From Octopus bimaculoides (Eukaryota): DNA of 64,000 nt. The translations under genes were made by a program, and so were the position numbers. The stretch spans positions 28,706,543 to 28,770,542 of the forward strand of contig NC_069000.1 of assembly GCF_001194135.2 (NCBI RefSeq), read 5' to 3'. This document shows positions 1-11,639 of the stretch, piece after piece. How positions within the stretch are numbered: the first letter of the stretch is position 1; each line of letters opens with the position of its first letter. The notes under the pieces are model-generated. The model ran no database searches. It was not told where the DNA came from and saw only the letters and a list, made by a program, of their open reading frames with translations.

Positions 1-36
<36 letters not shown>
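1..36. repeat. (TA)n microsatellite
   Basis: Direct reading. Confidence 0.95.
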
Positions 37-39
<3 letters not shown>

Positions 40-97
40 TTATTTATGTGTTTCAGCCAAGTGGCTGCGGTCATGCTGGTGCACCACCGTGTGTGTA

Positions 98-296
98 CAT
101 GTTTGTCCCTCCCAACATCGCTTGACAACCGATGCTGGTGTGTTTACATCCCCGTCACTTAGCAGTTCGGCAAAAAAGAGACCAATAGAATAAGTACTGG
201 GCTTACAAAGAGTAGGTCCCGGGGGCGATCTGCTTGACTAAGAGGCGGTGCTCCAGCATGGCCGCAGTCAAATGACTGAAGCAAGTAAAAGAGAGA
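98..296 (+). mobile_element. SINE family A, 3' half
   Basis: cttgacaaccgatgctggtgtgtttacatcccc...gactgaagcaagtaaaag; same block recurs at 8150-8330, 39850-40020, 58010-58215, 62872-63060. Confidence 0.8.
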
Positions 297-329
297 AATA
301 AGACAAACAAATATGAAAAGCTGAAGCTC

Positions 330-500
330 GTCATCATCATCATCATCATCATCATCCTTTAACGAACGATATGCCTCATATGGAATTTGTCTTGGCAGAT
401 TTTCTACTACCTGACACCCTTCCTGTTGCCAACACTCATCAATTTCCAAGCAAGTTAAGAGATAGACATGTTTCACAAAATACTGGAAACAAACAACATC
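330..500 (-). mobile_element. RTE-tail-type short repeat ending in a (GAT)n tail
   Basis: (CAT)n at 330-356 followed by ccttcctgttgccaac block shared with 10755-11170, 31010-31225, 56040-56280. Confidence 0.55.
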
Positions 501-579
501 ACTCATTTATGATGATGCTCATTTAAAACCATCAAGTAATGTCTAAACAAAGGTACAACAAACACATTCACACACATTA

Positions 580-735
580 TGTTGGGCTTCTTTCCATTTC
601 TATCTACCAAATCCATTCACAATGCTCTGGTTTGCTCAGGGATGTAGTAGAAGACACTTGCTTAAGGTGCTATACAGTGTGATTGAACATGCGACTAGGA
701 AGCAAGCATCTTAATTATACAGCCATGCCTGCTTG
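580..735 (-). mobile_element. SINE family A, tRNA-like head and core
   Basis: Reverse complement of ggcaagtgtcttctactatagc...gatttggtaga(c)ggaaactgaaagaagccc motif seen at 7934-8090 and 63415-63578. Confidence 0.75.
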
Positions 736-799
736 TACCTAAGCCATGCTTGCAACTAATACACATGTGTGACATACCCATATTATAATAAGGTTTTAC

Positions 800-1425
800 A
801 GGATAGTGGCATCACTAGTAAAATCTTTTGTAACCCTCCACTTTCTCAACCATCTAGTCATAACAGGCCCTGCAATATTTTCTGGTTCATTATGCCCTTC
901 TCCATAAATGTTAGGACAAATATAGGTAGAAGAATCTTTATTTTATTAGATAATCTCTTTCTCAGCAGGTATAGAAAGATATTTAATAGGCATTCAATTA
1001 AAAGCGCATATTCATGTGTAAAAGCCTACAACAGTAAACAACTGATGACTTGAATCTGTCCAAAATGCACACTCAGAGATTAGTCTAAATAAGGTAGGCA
1101 TGTGATATATCCTCCATTTTAATGAAGCAGATATCAGCAAGCTATGACAACAGCCATACAGAGACCAAATGTTATATAGGATCCATGTAAATTTAAATTC
1201 AGATATAATAACCATTAGACGTTTCAAGAAGAAACATGCAACATTATTCTGGAGACTTAAGGACAAGAACAACAACTACAACATTGAAGATCTTTTGTAA
1301 GACTAAACCTTATATTGATGGGTCAAAAAGATGTTACATATGCTTGCTTGAAAAACTACCTTTTAAAAAACTTAAGAACCCCTCGGTGACTATAAATACA
1401 CACATTCTCTCAACCAAATTCAATC
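800..1425 (+). mobile_element. Penelope-like element remnant (RT C-terminus and GIY-YIG endonuclease), frameshifted
   Basis: NIFWFIMPFSINVRTNIGR ...KIFNRHSIKSAYSC, YIG at ~1175, FWRLKDKNNNYNI, KPYIDGSKRCYICLLEK match the typical Penelope/Poseidon C-terminal pattern. Confidence 0.8.
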
Positions 1426-1798
1426 ATAAAATATCAGTTAGTCCAAGGTTAGAGTTGACAACACTTGCCTAATGTGTTGTGCAGTGAGACTGAACCCCAA
1501 ATCACATGGTTATGAAACAATCCTCTTAACCACACAATCATATATATATGTATGTGTGTATACTCACACACACATACCTATCATGGTTGCCTTGTTTACT
1601 TAACATCATCTGAGCCTTCTATGTGTCCTCATTTTGACTGAAATATTTTGGCTTTTAACCCAATGTACACTCACATATATGAAAAAATGTGTGCATGAGT
1701 GAAGGCCTCACATGTGTGAGATGTGAAGGGCTACAGACACAGTAACACAAACATAAGAAAATGCAAAACAGCAATATGACAGTACAAACATACTAAAG

Positions 1799-1843
<45 letters not shown>

Positions 1844-1869
1844 TGTGTGTGTGTGAGAGAGAGAGTGAA

Positions 1870-1900
<31 letters not shown>

Positions 1901-2178
1901 ACCGGACTAAAACAGACAGACAAACAAATAACTGGACAAAGATTAATTTGTAGATACACATACAGACATGTGGAGAGATAAAATGGTAGGATGCCAGAGA
2001 AGATAGCAACGTGTAGAGGCTGTCACTCCAGTTATGCAATTTTGATACTCTACAGACTTTAAAATAAAGTCATTCAGATGTAGTATACACACATCCATAA
2101 ATACACACGCATGGGAGAGGCGGGCGCATGGAAAATGTTTATTTGATAAAATCATATTTCTTTCTCTCTCAATTCATA

Positions 2179-2216
<38 letters not shown>

Positions 2217-3086
2217 TACATTTTCTGTTCCAAGGAAAAACAAATAAAAGCTTGCATGAAGTGAACTGTTCAACAATTATACTGTGAACTCCTCCACCAC
2301 AAGCCCTGGTTGGTATGGTAAAGTGTTTAAGAATATAAGAATAATGTCATCCCATCTAAGTGAGGGGGCCTTTCTCTGCCTGTCTGTCTCTCTCTCTGGC
2401 AATAATGCCCCTGACACCGAGCTGAATTCAAACAACCAAAACAATAAGTAATCTCGCATGCGCACACACATGCATGCAAGCACATATGCTCACACACACA
2501 CAGATCCAGGGTTGCAATTAATATGTGCATGCATATAGATACACTAATGCAAAAAGACACACACACACATATCCATTCTTACCATTACTGTGTGTGTGAG
2601 TATACAATCATGTATAAACATACATATCCACACACATACACACATAAATACAGGCAATTAATATGTATATGTATATAAATTCAGTCATGTATACACACAC
2701 ACACACATCACATATCTAGAGAAACATGGGCAAAGACACACCAAAGTACTGAAATACACACATTATGGGCACAACAGATAGAAATAGATACACACAGTTA
2801 TATTATTATAAGCTACCATGATGCACACACACCCATATATAAAACTTGAGAATTGATGACAGCATAGATGGAAGAGACCCACCGAACTATAGAATAGAAT
2901 GAAACACACACACTAGAACATACACTCACATATATAAGTTTTTAAAAAAATAAATGAAAAAAAATCTCTGAATACAAAAACATATTTATTTCAGAATTTA
3001 TTTTCCTAAAAGCGTAAGCTACACATGAACTACTACTAAAAATAAAGCAGGCCTATCAATGAAGCTCTTTGTAAACAATTTTTTAC

Positions 3087-3142
3087 CCTGGTCTTCCTTC
3101 CCATGCTACTGAGATGCAGTGTAAATATTTTTATTGTCTTGT
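3087..3142 (-). CDS. Candidate 56-nt internal exon of an unidentified host transcript (KTIKIFTLHLSSMGRKTR)
   Basis: ctttccttttgcag| acceptor, AGG|gtaaaa donor; only the phase-1 frame is open. Confidence 0.25.
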
Positions 3143-3404
3143 CTGCAAAAGGAAAGTCATCAAGCCAGTGTATTTTTATTCTTTTATTTATATATATTTA
3201 GCATAATTAAAAAAAAAATTATTGTGCCACTTTATCATCCACATCATTATCATTACCGGATGGCAATGATAATGATGTGGATGATAAAGTGGCACAATAA
3301 TTTTTTTTTAAATTATGCTAAATATACATTACATTTTTTTTCTTTGCACATAATCATCATTATATGTGTATATAATACCTACACACACGTACAAACACAA
3401 GTAT

Positions 3405-3602
3405 AAGTGAGTAGTTTAGAAGTTTAGTCAGAAACACAAATAAACTTCTAAATTTAACCCCATCCTGACACATTGGGCAAGTGTCTTCTGCTGTAACTTT
3501 GATTAACCAATGCTCTTTGAGAGAAATTTTGGAAACAAAATTTGTGGATGCCCATTGTGTGTGCATGCATGTATTTGAGTGTGTGCATGTGTATTTCTGT
3601 GA

Positions 3603-3648
<46 letters not shown>

Positions 3649-3850
3649 GAGAGAAAGAGAGAGAGTATTCACCAGTGTAAACTAAAGTATTGAGTTGTAC
3701 CTGTTTATGTCAAACTTAGACATTCAATAAAAGTGGTTAATAAAACAAATATCAGAATGAAATAAGTGCTGGGATCAATATCATTGATTAAAATTCTTGA
3801 AGGTGATGTCCCAGTATGGCTGCAATCCAGTGACTGAAACTAATAAATGA
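3405..3850 (+). mobile_element. SINE family A, old full-length copy with (GT)n middle
   Basis: ttgggcaagtgtcttctgctgtaac core, (GT)n, 3' block gatgtcccagtatggctgcaatccagtgactgaaac. Confidence 0.65.
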
Positions 3851-4011
3851 ATAACAGAAGTAAACTCATTAAACAGTATCCCATTATGCTAAGATATCAG
3901 ATACATCAGACAAAATCTGAGTTAAAAAAGTAGCCATCAGTGTTAGGGGTACCTATGCTAGATGTGCTAGGTTAGCGCTATACACCCAGAATGGTAAATT
4001 TATCATAAATA

Positions 4012-4226
4012 TTGGTTTAAAATTTTGGCACAAGGCCAGCAATTTTAGGAAGTGAGGTAAGTCGATTACATTGATCTCAGTGCTCAACTGGTACTTAATT
4101 TATCAACCTTAAACAGATGAACGGCAAAATCACCCTTGGTGGAATTCGAACTCAGAATGTAAAGATGGGCAGCGTGCCACTAAGCATTTTGGCCAGCGTG
4201 TTAATGATTCTGCTGGCTTACCACCT
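4012..4226 (-). mobile_element. SINE family B (tRNA-like head, conserved central domain)
   Basis: Reverse complement of ...gcctttcatcctttcggggtcgataaaataagtaccagttgagcactgggg... block repeated >10 times in the window. Confidence 0.8.
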
Positions 4227-4502
4227 TAAATTCATCATAAATATTAAACTCGATAATATAATCATAGGTGATAACAAGAATCTATTTCCTCTGTCCCCTT
4301 TTATGAAATACTGATGGCTCTGGGCATTTGCAACATAAAAATTGTTGTAGGGGATTAATAATAATGGTCATCCCCTACGTGAAGAATGGAATAACCTAGT
4401 CACTATAAGTAAAGAAGTACATGAAGTATGGGAGTATGTAGTAGGTGGTCAGAGATAGTTGTCTTTACTGGTTTTACTAAGTATACTGTATACCGAAGTG
4501 GG

Positions 4503-5383
4503 TGTTGTAACAATCCAACATTTTAAAGATACAACAGTGGCGATAGGGAATTAAACAACTCATAAGGAATTAATAAACTCGACGAGGATTTAAACAACTC
4601 ATGAGGAATTAAGAAACTCAAAGAGGAGTTAATAAACTCACAAAGTTTTGGCTGTATGGAAGTTTATGAAAAAAAATCGTAAAATTATGGAAAATTTGTA
4701 GGCCAGTTTGCTCAGGTTGCTAAAACAGCAACAAGAGCAACTAAAAGAACAACTGAAGCAACAACAACTGATAGAACAACAGCAGCAGCAAATACAACTG
4801 CAAGAGCAACACCAGAAGCAACAAATATGAACCTGATGAAGGAGTTACCTTCGAAGCATACTACTGAAGATATGAGCAAATCTTCGATAAAGAATGTAGA
4901 GATTGGGTGTGAAATGAAACCAAGACGTGAACCTATACTCATTGTGTGATGGCGTACTGATGTATGTACAGAAAGTAGTGATACCAGAAACACTACAAAA
5001 GAAAATGTTGAGAGAATTTTACATTGGACACACTGGTATTTCAAGGATGAAAGCATTAATGCAGTTATGTATACTGGCCAAAAACGGGCAGAGACATCGA
5101 AAATTTGGTGATAGGCTGTAGAGGATGTGTTGTAGTAGCAAAATTGCCCACTATAAAAAGTGAACCTTGGCCAAAAATAGATATTCCATGGTCAAGACTA
5201 CACACCGATTTTGCTGGTCCTTTAAATGTTTCTTACTACTTAGTGGTAGTTGTTAGTTTTTTGAAATGGCCTGAAATTTGTAAGTGTAAAAAATGAACTT
5301 CCTCAACTGTGATAAATTTTTTACACGAATTGTTTGCAAGATTTGGCATCCCACACAAGATAGATAGTGTCTGACAATGGTTC
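4503..5383 (+). mobile_element. Internally deleted Ty3/Gypsy LTR retrotransposon remnant (mini-LTR, PBS, Gln-rich gag start, integrase fragment)
   Basis: TGTTGTA...TACAACA then PBS-like GTGGCGA; gag-like EPDEGVTFEAYY*RYEQIFDKECRDW; integrase zinc-binding/core pieces VVIPETLQKKMLREFYIGHTGISRMK, CRGC, WSRLHTDFAGP, LFARFGIP, IVSDNG. Confidence 0.85.
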
Positions 5384-5803
5384 CTATTTTTAAAAGTGTT
5401 TTCTATCCTGCCTTTTAATTACCTTTTTCAGCATACAGGAATATGAGGCAAATGAAAGAAAGGGTTAGCAACAATATTTAAAAAATCTAAAAATGTATAT
5501 AAATCAATCTTTTAAATAAGATAAGTTGGAAAGCAGCAATTAGCTATGAATGATAGAGATTAGACTATTGACTTGCAGTCAGTTAGGTTTTTCTTTTCGT
5601 CTGTCTCTTCAAAGAAACCCCTAACTAACTTCAATTGTTATTTGAAGCAGAAGATAAGGGTAGGGAAACTGCCCTGTTCTTAAGTAAATTAAGTAGGTAG
5701 ATGAGAGGAAAAGAAAGAATGTGGATAAAAATGGTAGAAGAGTCTATAAAGACAGCTAACTGAATTGAGTTACTTTACTGTTTCATTGCTTTAATTCAAT
5801 GTA

Positions 5804-6028
5804 TTAACATCCAAATCACTCGGTCAAATTTAATACTTATTTATTCACATTGTTTTGAATGTTTTGAATTAATCATGCATTATCTTATGGCTTCAAGATT
5901 TCAATGACATGATTGTTTATTTTTAGAGTGATATTGTAGTGTAGGGTGTGAGAGGATTTGGATGATTTGAACACAAAACAGGAAGAATATTTGGGTCAGA
6001 TAGGGCCAGTTTAAATGCTAAAGTGTTA
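5804..6028 (-). mobile_element. TTAA-type (piggyBac-like) MITE, ~230 bp family
   Basis: Same body as 7479-7712 in reverse; degraded ends. Confidence 0.7.
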
Positions 6029-6265
6029 CATCTCTAGCAGGTGTAGCAGGTAACAAATCAAGTTATTTACAATGAAATTTAGTTGGAGACTGGGTTTCTG
6101 TACTTCTGAACACTCACATGCACAAAAATATATTAGTGAATTCACCATAAATGGAATGCCATTAATTATTCTACATGTGCTCTTATTTAATAGTAGGTTA
6201 ATCCTAATCATGCAGATCTCTCAAATGTTGGTCAAATGTATAAAGTGCAAACACAGGACTCTTAC

Positions 6266-6371
6266 TCCAAATATACCAGACTTTATTAAACATGGTATTT
6301 GAAGAAACTAGCAGTCCATGTCTATGACTGTCTCTCTGAGACCTCATGAAAGAGGGTGATATATGCAATTG
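6266..6371 (-). CDS. Candidate 106-nt exon (QLHISPSFMRSQRDSHRHGLLVSSNTMFNKVWYIW)
   Basis: Acceptor (CT)n-ctacag| at 6372-6373, donor GGA|gtaaga at 6265; phase 0->1 frame open. Confidence 0.3.
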
Positions 6372-6373
6372 CT

Positions 6374-6375
<2 letters not shown>

Positions 6376-6469
<94 letters not shown>
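6376..6469. repeat. (AG)n microsatellite; reads as a (CT)n pyrimidine tract on the minus strand directly before a CAG
   Basis: Direct reading. Confidence 0.95.
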
Positions 6470-6472
<3 letters not shown>

Positions 6473-6573
6473 CATTTTCAATTTGGTGTAGCCAAGTTCA
6501 TTCTTTTACATAGTTGTAGTTGATATGAGTAAGCTCCAGAAACAAGCCAAATTTGCATTAAAGTTCACCTTAC

Positions 6574-6687
6574 CATGGATATATTGGATAATTCAGTGCT
6601 GGACATATTTTACCAGGCAAAAGATGGGATGGTCACAGGTGGAATGTCAGTGGAAAAGAGTGCGAAATTCTGCATAAATTTATGATC
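6574..6687 (-). other. Candidate 114-nt exon: 5'UTR plus possible start (MSSTELSNISM, ATG at 6606)
   Basis: ctttgttttcag| acceptor, ATG|gtaagg donor; all three through-frames contain stops, so it can only be UTR or a start exon; partly resembles repeat family D. Confidence 0.35.
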
Positions 6688-7188
6688 CTGAAAACAAAGC
6701 TAGCCAGTAATTCTATAACTGGTTTCAATCATTAGATTATGGTTATGCTGAGGCAATGCCTTTAAGGGTGAAAACTAGTACATATTTTACTGGCCTCAAA
6801 AGAATGAAAGGTAAAGTCAAGCATAGTAGGATTTGAACCCAAAATGTAAAGAAATATAATCAAACCAAACATATGACATAAGACAATAGGGCATCTTTAT
6901 AAACTCTGCTACTGAATGTATTGTAGTGTGTTCTTTTATAAAATTATAATGGCAGGTTTTAATTTAGATATGTACATTTTAAAGTTGACAGTCTTGTACC
7001 AGAGATAGAGAAGTGTCACGTGAGTTAGAATCAAATGGGTTATAAACTGAATGACAGAACTGGATTTGATGTCAGGCAGGCTGCAATGAAAATAGTTAAT
7101 GATTTGACAAAACTGAAATTACTCAAGCAAAAACAAAAAACATAAATCTGAGGTGATGTTAGGGGGATATGAATCAAGGTGGACTTAC

Positions 7189-7357
7189 CTCCTTTAATTA
7201 AGGTAGCAAGGATCACAATTAACAAAAGGACCAACTCTTGACAGAGTCGCATTGGAATTGGATGATGTGCCATCATGGTTACAAGTTTTACTTAATAATA
7301 CTTCATTCAGCTCTGCGATCTCAAGTGATAAATTCTTGATTTTTAGTAATGAGATAT
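7189..7357 (-). other. Candidate 169-nt exon of an unidentified host transcript
   Basis: Branch-like ctaat ~30 nt upstream, ttatttattttacag| acceptor, GAG|gtaagt donor; no TE similarity noticed on either strand. Confidence 0.55.
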
Positions 7358-7478
7358 CTGTAAAATAAATAAATTAATAAATTGATTAGAATTGATTGGT
7401 CAATTAAAAATTAATGTTTTATATTGAACAAGAAACATTAAATTTTGCATTATTTAGATAACAAAATCAGTTTTCTTT

Positions 7479-7712
7479 TTAACTCTTTATAGTATTTAAA
7501 CCAGCTTTATCTTGCCCAAATATTCGATCTGTTTTATGTTCAAACCAGCCAGATTGGGCTTCTCACACTTACCCAACAATGTCATTCTAAGAATAAAACA
7601 ATCACAGCATCAGAATCTTGAATCTACAAGATAATGCATGGCTTATTGAAAACAATGTGAATTAAAAAAAGGCATTACTTTTGACAGAGCAATCTGAATG
7701 CTAAAGGGTTAA
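7479..7712 (+). mobile_element. TTAA-type (piggyBac-like) MITE
   Basis: ttaactcttt...gctaaagggttaa terminal inverted repeats. Confidence 0.75.
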
Positions 7713-7933
7713 ATTGCACAACATAGGATACCCCGATTACATTAGACAAGGCCCTACAATAAATAAAGGAATTATCTTTCTAAATGAAGGGCAAGTTCAG
7801 CAAAAAGAGGCTGATAGGATAAGTACCAAGCTTTAAAAAGAATACTGGGGTCAATTTGTTTGATCAAACTCTTCAATGCAGTGTCCCAGCATGGCTACAG
7901 CCTAATTACTGAAACAAGTAAAAGAATAAAATA

Positions 7934-8330
7934 GGTGTGGCTGTGTGGTAAGAAGCTTGCTTTTCAACCACATGGTTCCAAGTTCAGTCTCACAGCATGG
8001 CACCTTGGGCAAGTGTCTTCTGCTCTAGTCTTGGGTCGACTAAAGCTCTGTGAGTCGATTTGGTAGACAGAAACTGAAAGAAACCTGTCGCGCGTGTGTG
8101 TGTGTGTGCGTGTGTGTGCGCGCGCGCATTTGTGCTTTCCCACCACCACTGCTTGACAACTGGTGTTGGTGGGTTTACATCTCTGTAACTTAGCAGCTCA
8201 GCAAGAGAGACCAATAGAATAAGTACCAGGCTTTAAAAAATAAGTCCTGAGGTTGATTTGTTAGATTAAAACCCTTCCGGGCAGTGTCACAGCATGGCTA
8301 CAGTTAAATGACTGAAACAAGTAAAAGGTA
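7934..8330 (+). mobile_element. SINE family A, full-length copy
   Basis: Box A-like tggctgtgtgg, box B-like gttcagtc, core ttgggcaagtgtcttc, (GT)n middle, 3' block ending gactgaaacaagtaaaag. Confidence 0.85.
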
Positions 8331-8398
8331 TATATGCACACATGCGCATGCATGTGCACACACACAGACACACACACATACTTTACATGGAAAAGGTT

Positions 8399-8438
8399 GA
8401 CAGCTACTTCGAGGCTTCAGCACTGAAACATTCGTCAG
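8399..8438 (-). ncRNA. Degenerate minimal hammerhead-ribozyme motif
   Basis: CTGACGA-atgtttcag tg ctgaagcct-c-GAAG-tagct-GTC; stem II is a 9-bp hairpin with 2 substitutions; GAAAC core mutated. Confidence 0.4.
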
Positions 8439-8989
8439 AAAGAAGTTCAAGGAAGGCTACATAGCCAAGACTTTAAATATAACTACCAACTTTTTCCTTG
8501 CAAAAATTAAATATGTTACTCTACTGAATAACTACACAGAAAAGTATTGAACAATTCTTCAGTTTAATTAGTTTTTTTTTTTTTTTTTCCCTTTTAATTT
8601 CCAGTTTCTAAATATTTCAGAAATAAAATAAACTCATTTATTTGTGTCTTTATTTGACTATAGAGGGTTTTTTAAAAAATATAATTACAATTTTAAATTT
8701 TTCTCTTTGTCTCCTAAAATAAGCCAATTACAATTAAAACTTCTAAATTCTTTCTAATTACTAAAGCATGTTTCTAATGAATCTTAAACCAAAATGATTT
8801 TTAGATCTTTCAAAATTAAAATAATTCAGAAAAACTTTTACATGAAAAACAATAGTTACATTGGTGTAAACATATTTAATGTATTATTTAAATAATAATT
8901 AGAAATAGGTATACGGTAAAGAGAAAAAAGTAGTAATATTATTTTATGCTGAATGACGTCCTATAAAGGTGACAAATCCAGACAAACCT

Positions 8990-9214
8990 TTAACTCTTTA
9001 GTTTTGTGATTATTCAGGAAAATTTAATTCTTATTTATTTACATTGCTTTGAATTAATTATGCACTATCTCAGCTTTGAGATTCTGATGATGTGATTGTA
9101 TATTTTTAGAATAATATTGCAGGGTAGGTGTAAGAGGTTGGATCTTCACAGTTTGAACATAAAACTGGTAGAATATTTGGGCTGGATATGGCCACTTTAA
9201 ATGCTAAAGGGTTA
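8990..9214 (-). mobile_element. TTAA-type (piggyBac-like) MITE
   Basis: ttaactcttta...gctaaagggtta; body matches family. Confidence 0.75.
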
Positions 9215-9502
9215 GATGAAAGAAACCAGCAAAAATCTTAACATAAGGAGTCAACAGTGTAAGTTCATTGGACATTATGTTAAAATATAAAGCCTTGAAT
9301 GTTTGGGGACAAGTGGGAAACTGAAAGCCACGGACATCAAAGAGAAGACATTCAATGGTTGGCTACAGAAAGAATGACCTAATAATATGGGCATTTGTAC
9401 GTGAATATACACGATGCCTGTAGGTATGGCTTTAAAGAACAATAATGTTCATGTTTTGGGTTTCATCTGATTTTGTGATCTAAGCTCTAGATTGTTTGTA
9501 TG

Positions 9503-9541
<39 letters not shown>

Positions 9542-10754
9542 GTATGGGAAAACAGAAACAGAAAAACTGTTAAATTAAACAATACAAGGATAATGGACAT
9601 GAGCAATTGTTAGTGTTGGATAAAATGTTATGGTAGTATTTAGTGACAACCTTTTATGTTTTGTGGTAGATAATGTGAAGAGTTGTACATCAACTGTATT
9701 ACCATATTTGCTCAATGTATATATATAATACGAGAAATTTAATACAAACATGGGGGCCAAAATAGTGGGTGGCATTATACTCTGAGTGTAAAGAAAAATA
9801 GACAAAAAATATTTTTAGATACAAAATTAGGGGTCACATTATATATGACTGCATTGTAGTTGACTAAATATGACAGTTTAGTACTGTATCACAGAAAAAA
9901 AACTTACTTTTACTAAACAATAAATCAAGTAGTCTTAACACTTATTATATGGTGCACTAGGACCGAGAATTTTGGGTGAAGAAACTTATGTACATCAACA
10001 GTATTTAAATTTACCAATAAACTAACTTTCAGGACTAAGTGACCAGGTAGAGTTAGTAGCTTACCTGACATACCACCACTAACATGGAAGCTTACTATAT
10101 TCCCATTTTTCCAGACATTCTCTACTATTAGTGATAGATACAACACAGGTATGAATAGACTTAAAGAACAACAATGATCTGAATACACCTGAATCTGAAT
10201 TCAAAAAGCTCTCCTTCCATTTGTTGCAACACATTGTGTGAACCAGCAAGTGGCTTTAGCCTCCCCCCACCCCTGAATTAAAGGGAATTGTTGGAATGTT
10301 TATTAGGGGACAGGCAGACTTAAAAGTCTACTATACTACTACTATCATTAACATCAACATTATCATTATCTATGTGGATGTATGTATGCGTCTATATGTA
10401 CATTAAACGAAAAGCTTCCAATGAGTTTTCCAGTTGTTTAGTCAACTGAATTACTCACTGGTCTATAGTGTATGTGGTCGACTATTCCAGAAAGAATCAG
10501 CATGACAAAACATGTGACAAGGATTTACATCTGAATTACAAGTACAGTCCATGTTGACAGGATTCCATGCAATTTCCTTTTACTCATTTCCCCAACAAGA
10601 CTTGGATTAATCCAAAGACCTGTTTCAATTCTCAGTTGAAACCATTTCAGTTGCTAATGTTTCAAGTAAAGCATGAACATCACAAAACCCAGCTTCCCTA
10701 AGGTAATTGTTGTATGAGCTTGTGTATGTGTGTGAGTGTTTTGGTGTATCATCA

Positions 10755-11170
10755 TTTAATGTTCAATTTTCCATGCATGCATGGGTTGAACAGAATTTAA
10801 GGCAGACTTTCTATGGCTAGATGCCCTTCCTGTTGCCAGTCCAGTTTCCAAGCAAGGTAATATTTCCCCATGGCTAAATATGTTTTCACTGAAGACTGGG
10901 AACAAGGGACACAGTATGTATGACACCAAGTCTTGTTTACAACTACTGTGTGATGTCAGGATAAGGAGAGACAAAAATACACACCTCATCATTTAATGTC
11001 TATGTCCCACGCTGGCATGGACTGGATGGCTTGACAGGATCCGATGAGCCTAAGGACTGCATCATGCTCAGTATCTGCTTTGGAAAAGTTTCTATGGCTG
11101 GATACCCTTCCTAAAATCAACAACTTTACAGTGTCTACAGGGAGCTTTTTATTGTGCCACCAGCAAGACT
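10755..11170 (-). mobile_element. Two adjacent RTE-tail-type short repeats
   Basis: Each begins catcatttaatg... and contains ctatggct(a)gat(g)cccttcct. Confidence 0.65.
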
Positions 11171-11610
11171 ATGACTCCAAAGGAGATGAATGGTAAAAGA
11201 TGGATAAAAGTATGAGAGAAGAGAACATAGCAGAACAGGTTCCTTGTTGCAGAGAAGAGAGGATGGGAATGATTGGGTGGAGACAGAGAGTAGAGTAGGT
11301 GATGACTGACAGTGCTGAGCAGTATAATAGCAAAGATTAGGTAGTAGATAGGACAAGAGAGGGATGATATTGAGTAAGTTGCAGGAGTGGCTGGGAAGAG
11401 GAAAGAAGATGTAGTGCATGAGGAGGATGACAGGCACACCGTGATGGTAGTGGTGGAAATGGAGGTGGAGAGAACAGTCTTAAAGGATGACAGATGGAAT
11501 AACAAGTGAAATGGTTCTGGGTAGAAAAGAAAATTAAGTGGTATCAAGGAACAGGTGCAGTTAGGGAGGTGATGGAGTGTCTTGGGGGTGGGGAAATGGG
11601 TGAAGGGACC
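11170..11610 (-). mobile_element. Probable Penelope-like RT C-terminal remnant (C-rich coding strand)
   Basis: PFHLLFHLSSFKTVLSTSISTTTITVCLSSSS aligns by eye to the Penelope LPFLD...LSTSIYYKPTD..YL..SS region; heavily degraded. Confidence 0.4.
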
Positions 11611-11639
11611 AGTTGTGCATATATACAAATGTTATGTAT

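Noticed and set aside
4545-4640. Five ~20-bp repeats as a CRISPR-like array
   Set aside because: No unique spacers, eukaryotic context, lies right after an LTR PBS.
4833-4862. CTGATGA-agg agtta cct-tc-GAAG hammerhead-like string
   Set aside because: Explained as Gypsy gag codons (EPDEGVTFEAYY); no stem I pairing.
7934-8010. tRNA gene
   Set aside because: Box A/B-like motifs belong to a SINE head; no full cloverleaf. No genuine tRNA or rRNA genes were seen in the window.
10065-10188. Possible minus-strand exon with three nearby donors (10095, 10073, 10064)
   Set aside because: Acceptor is pyrimidine-poor with three tandem AGs and no frame gives a recognisable peptide; unsupported without RNA data.
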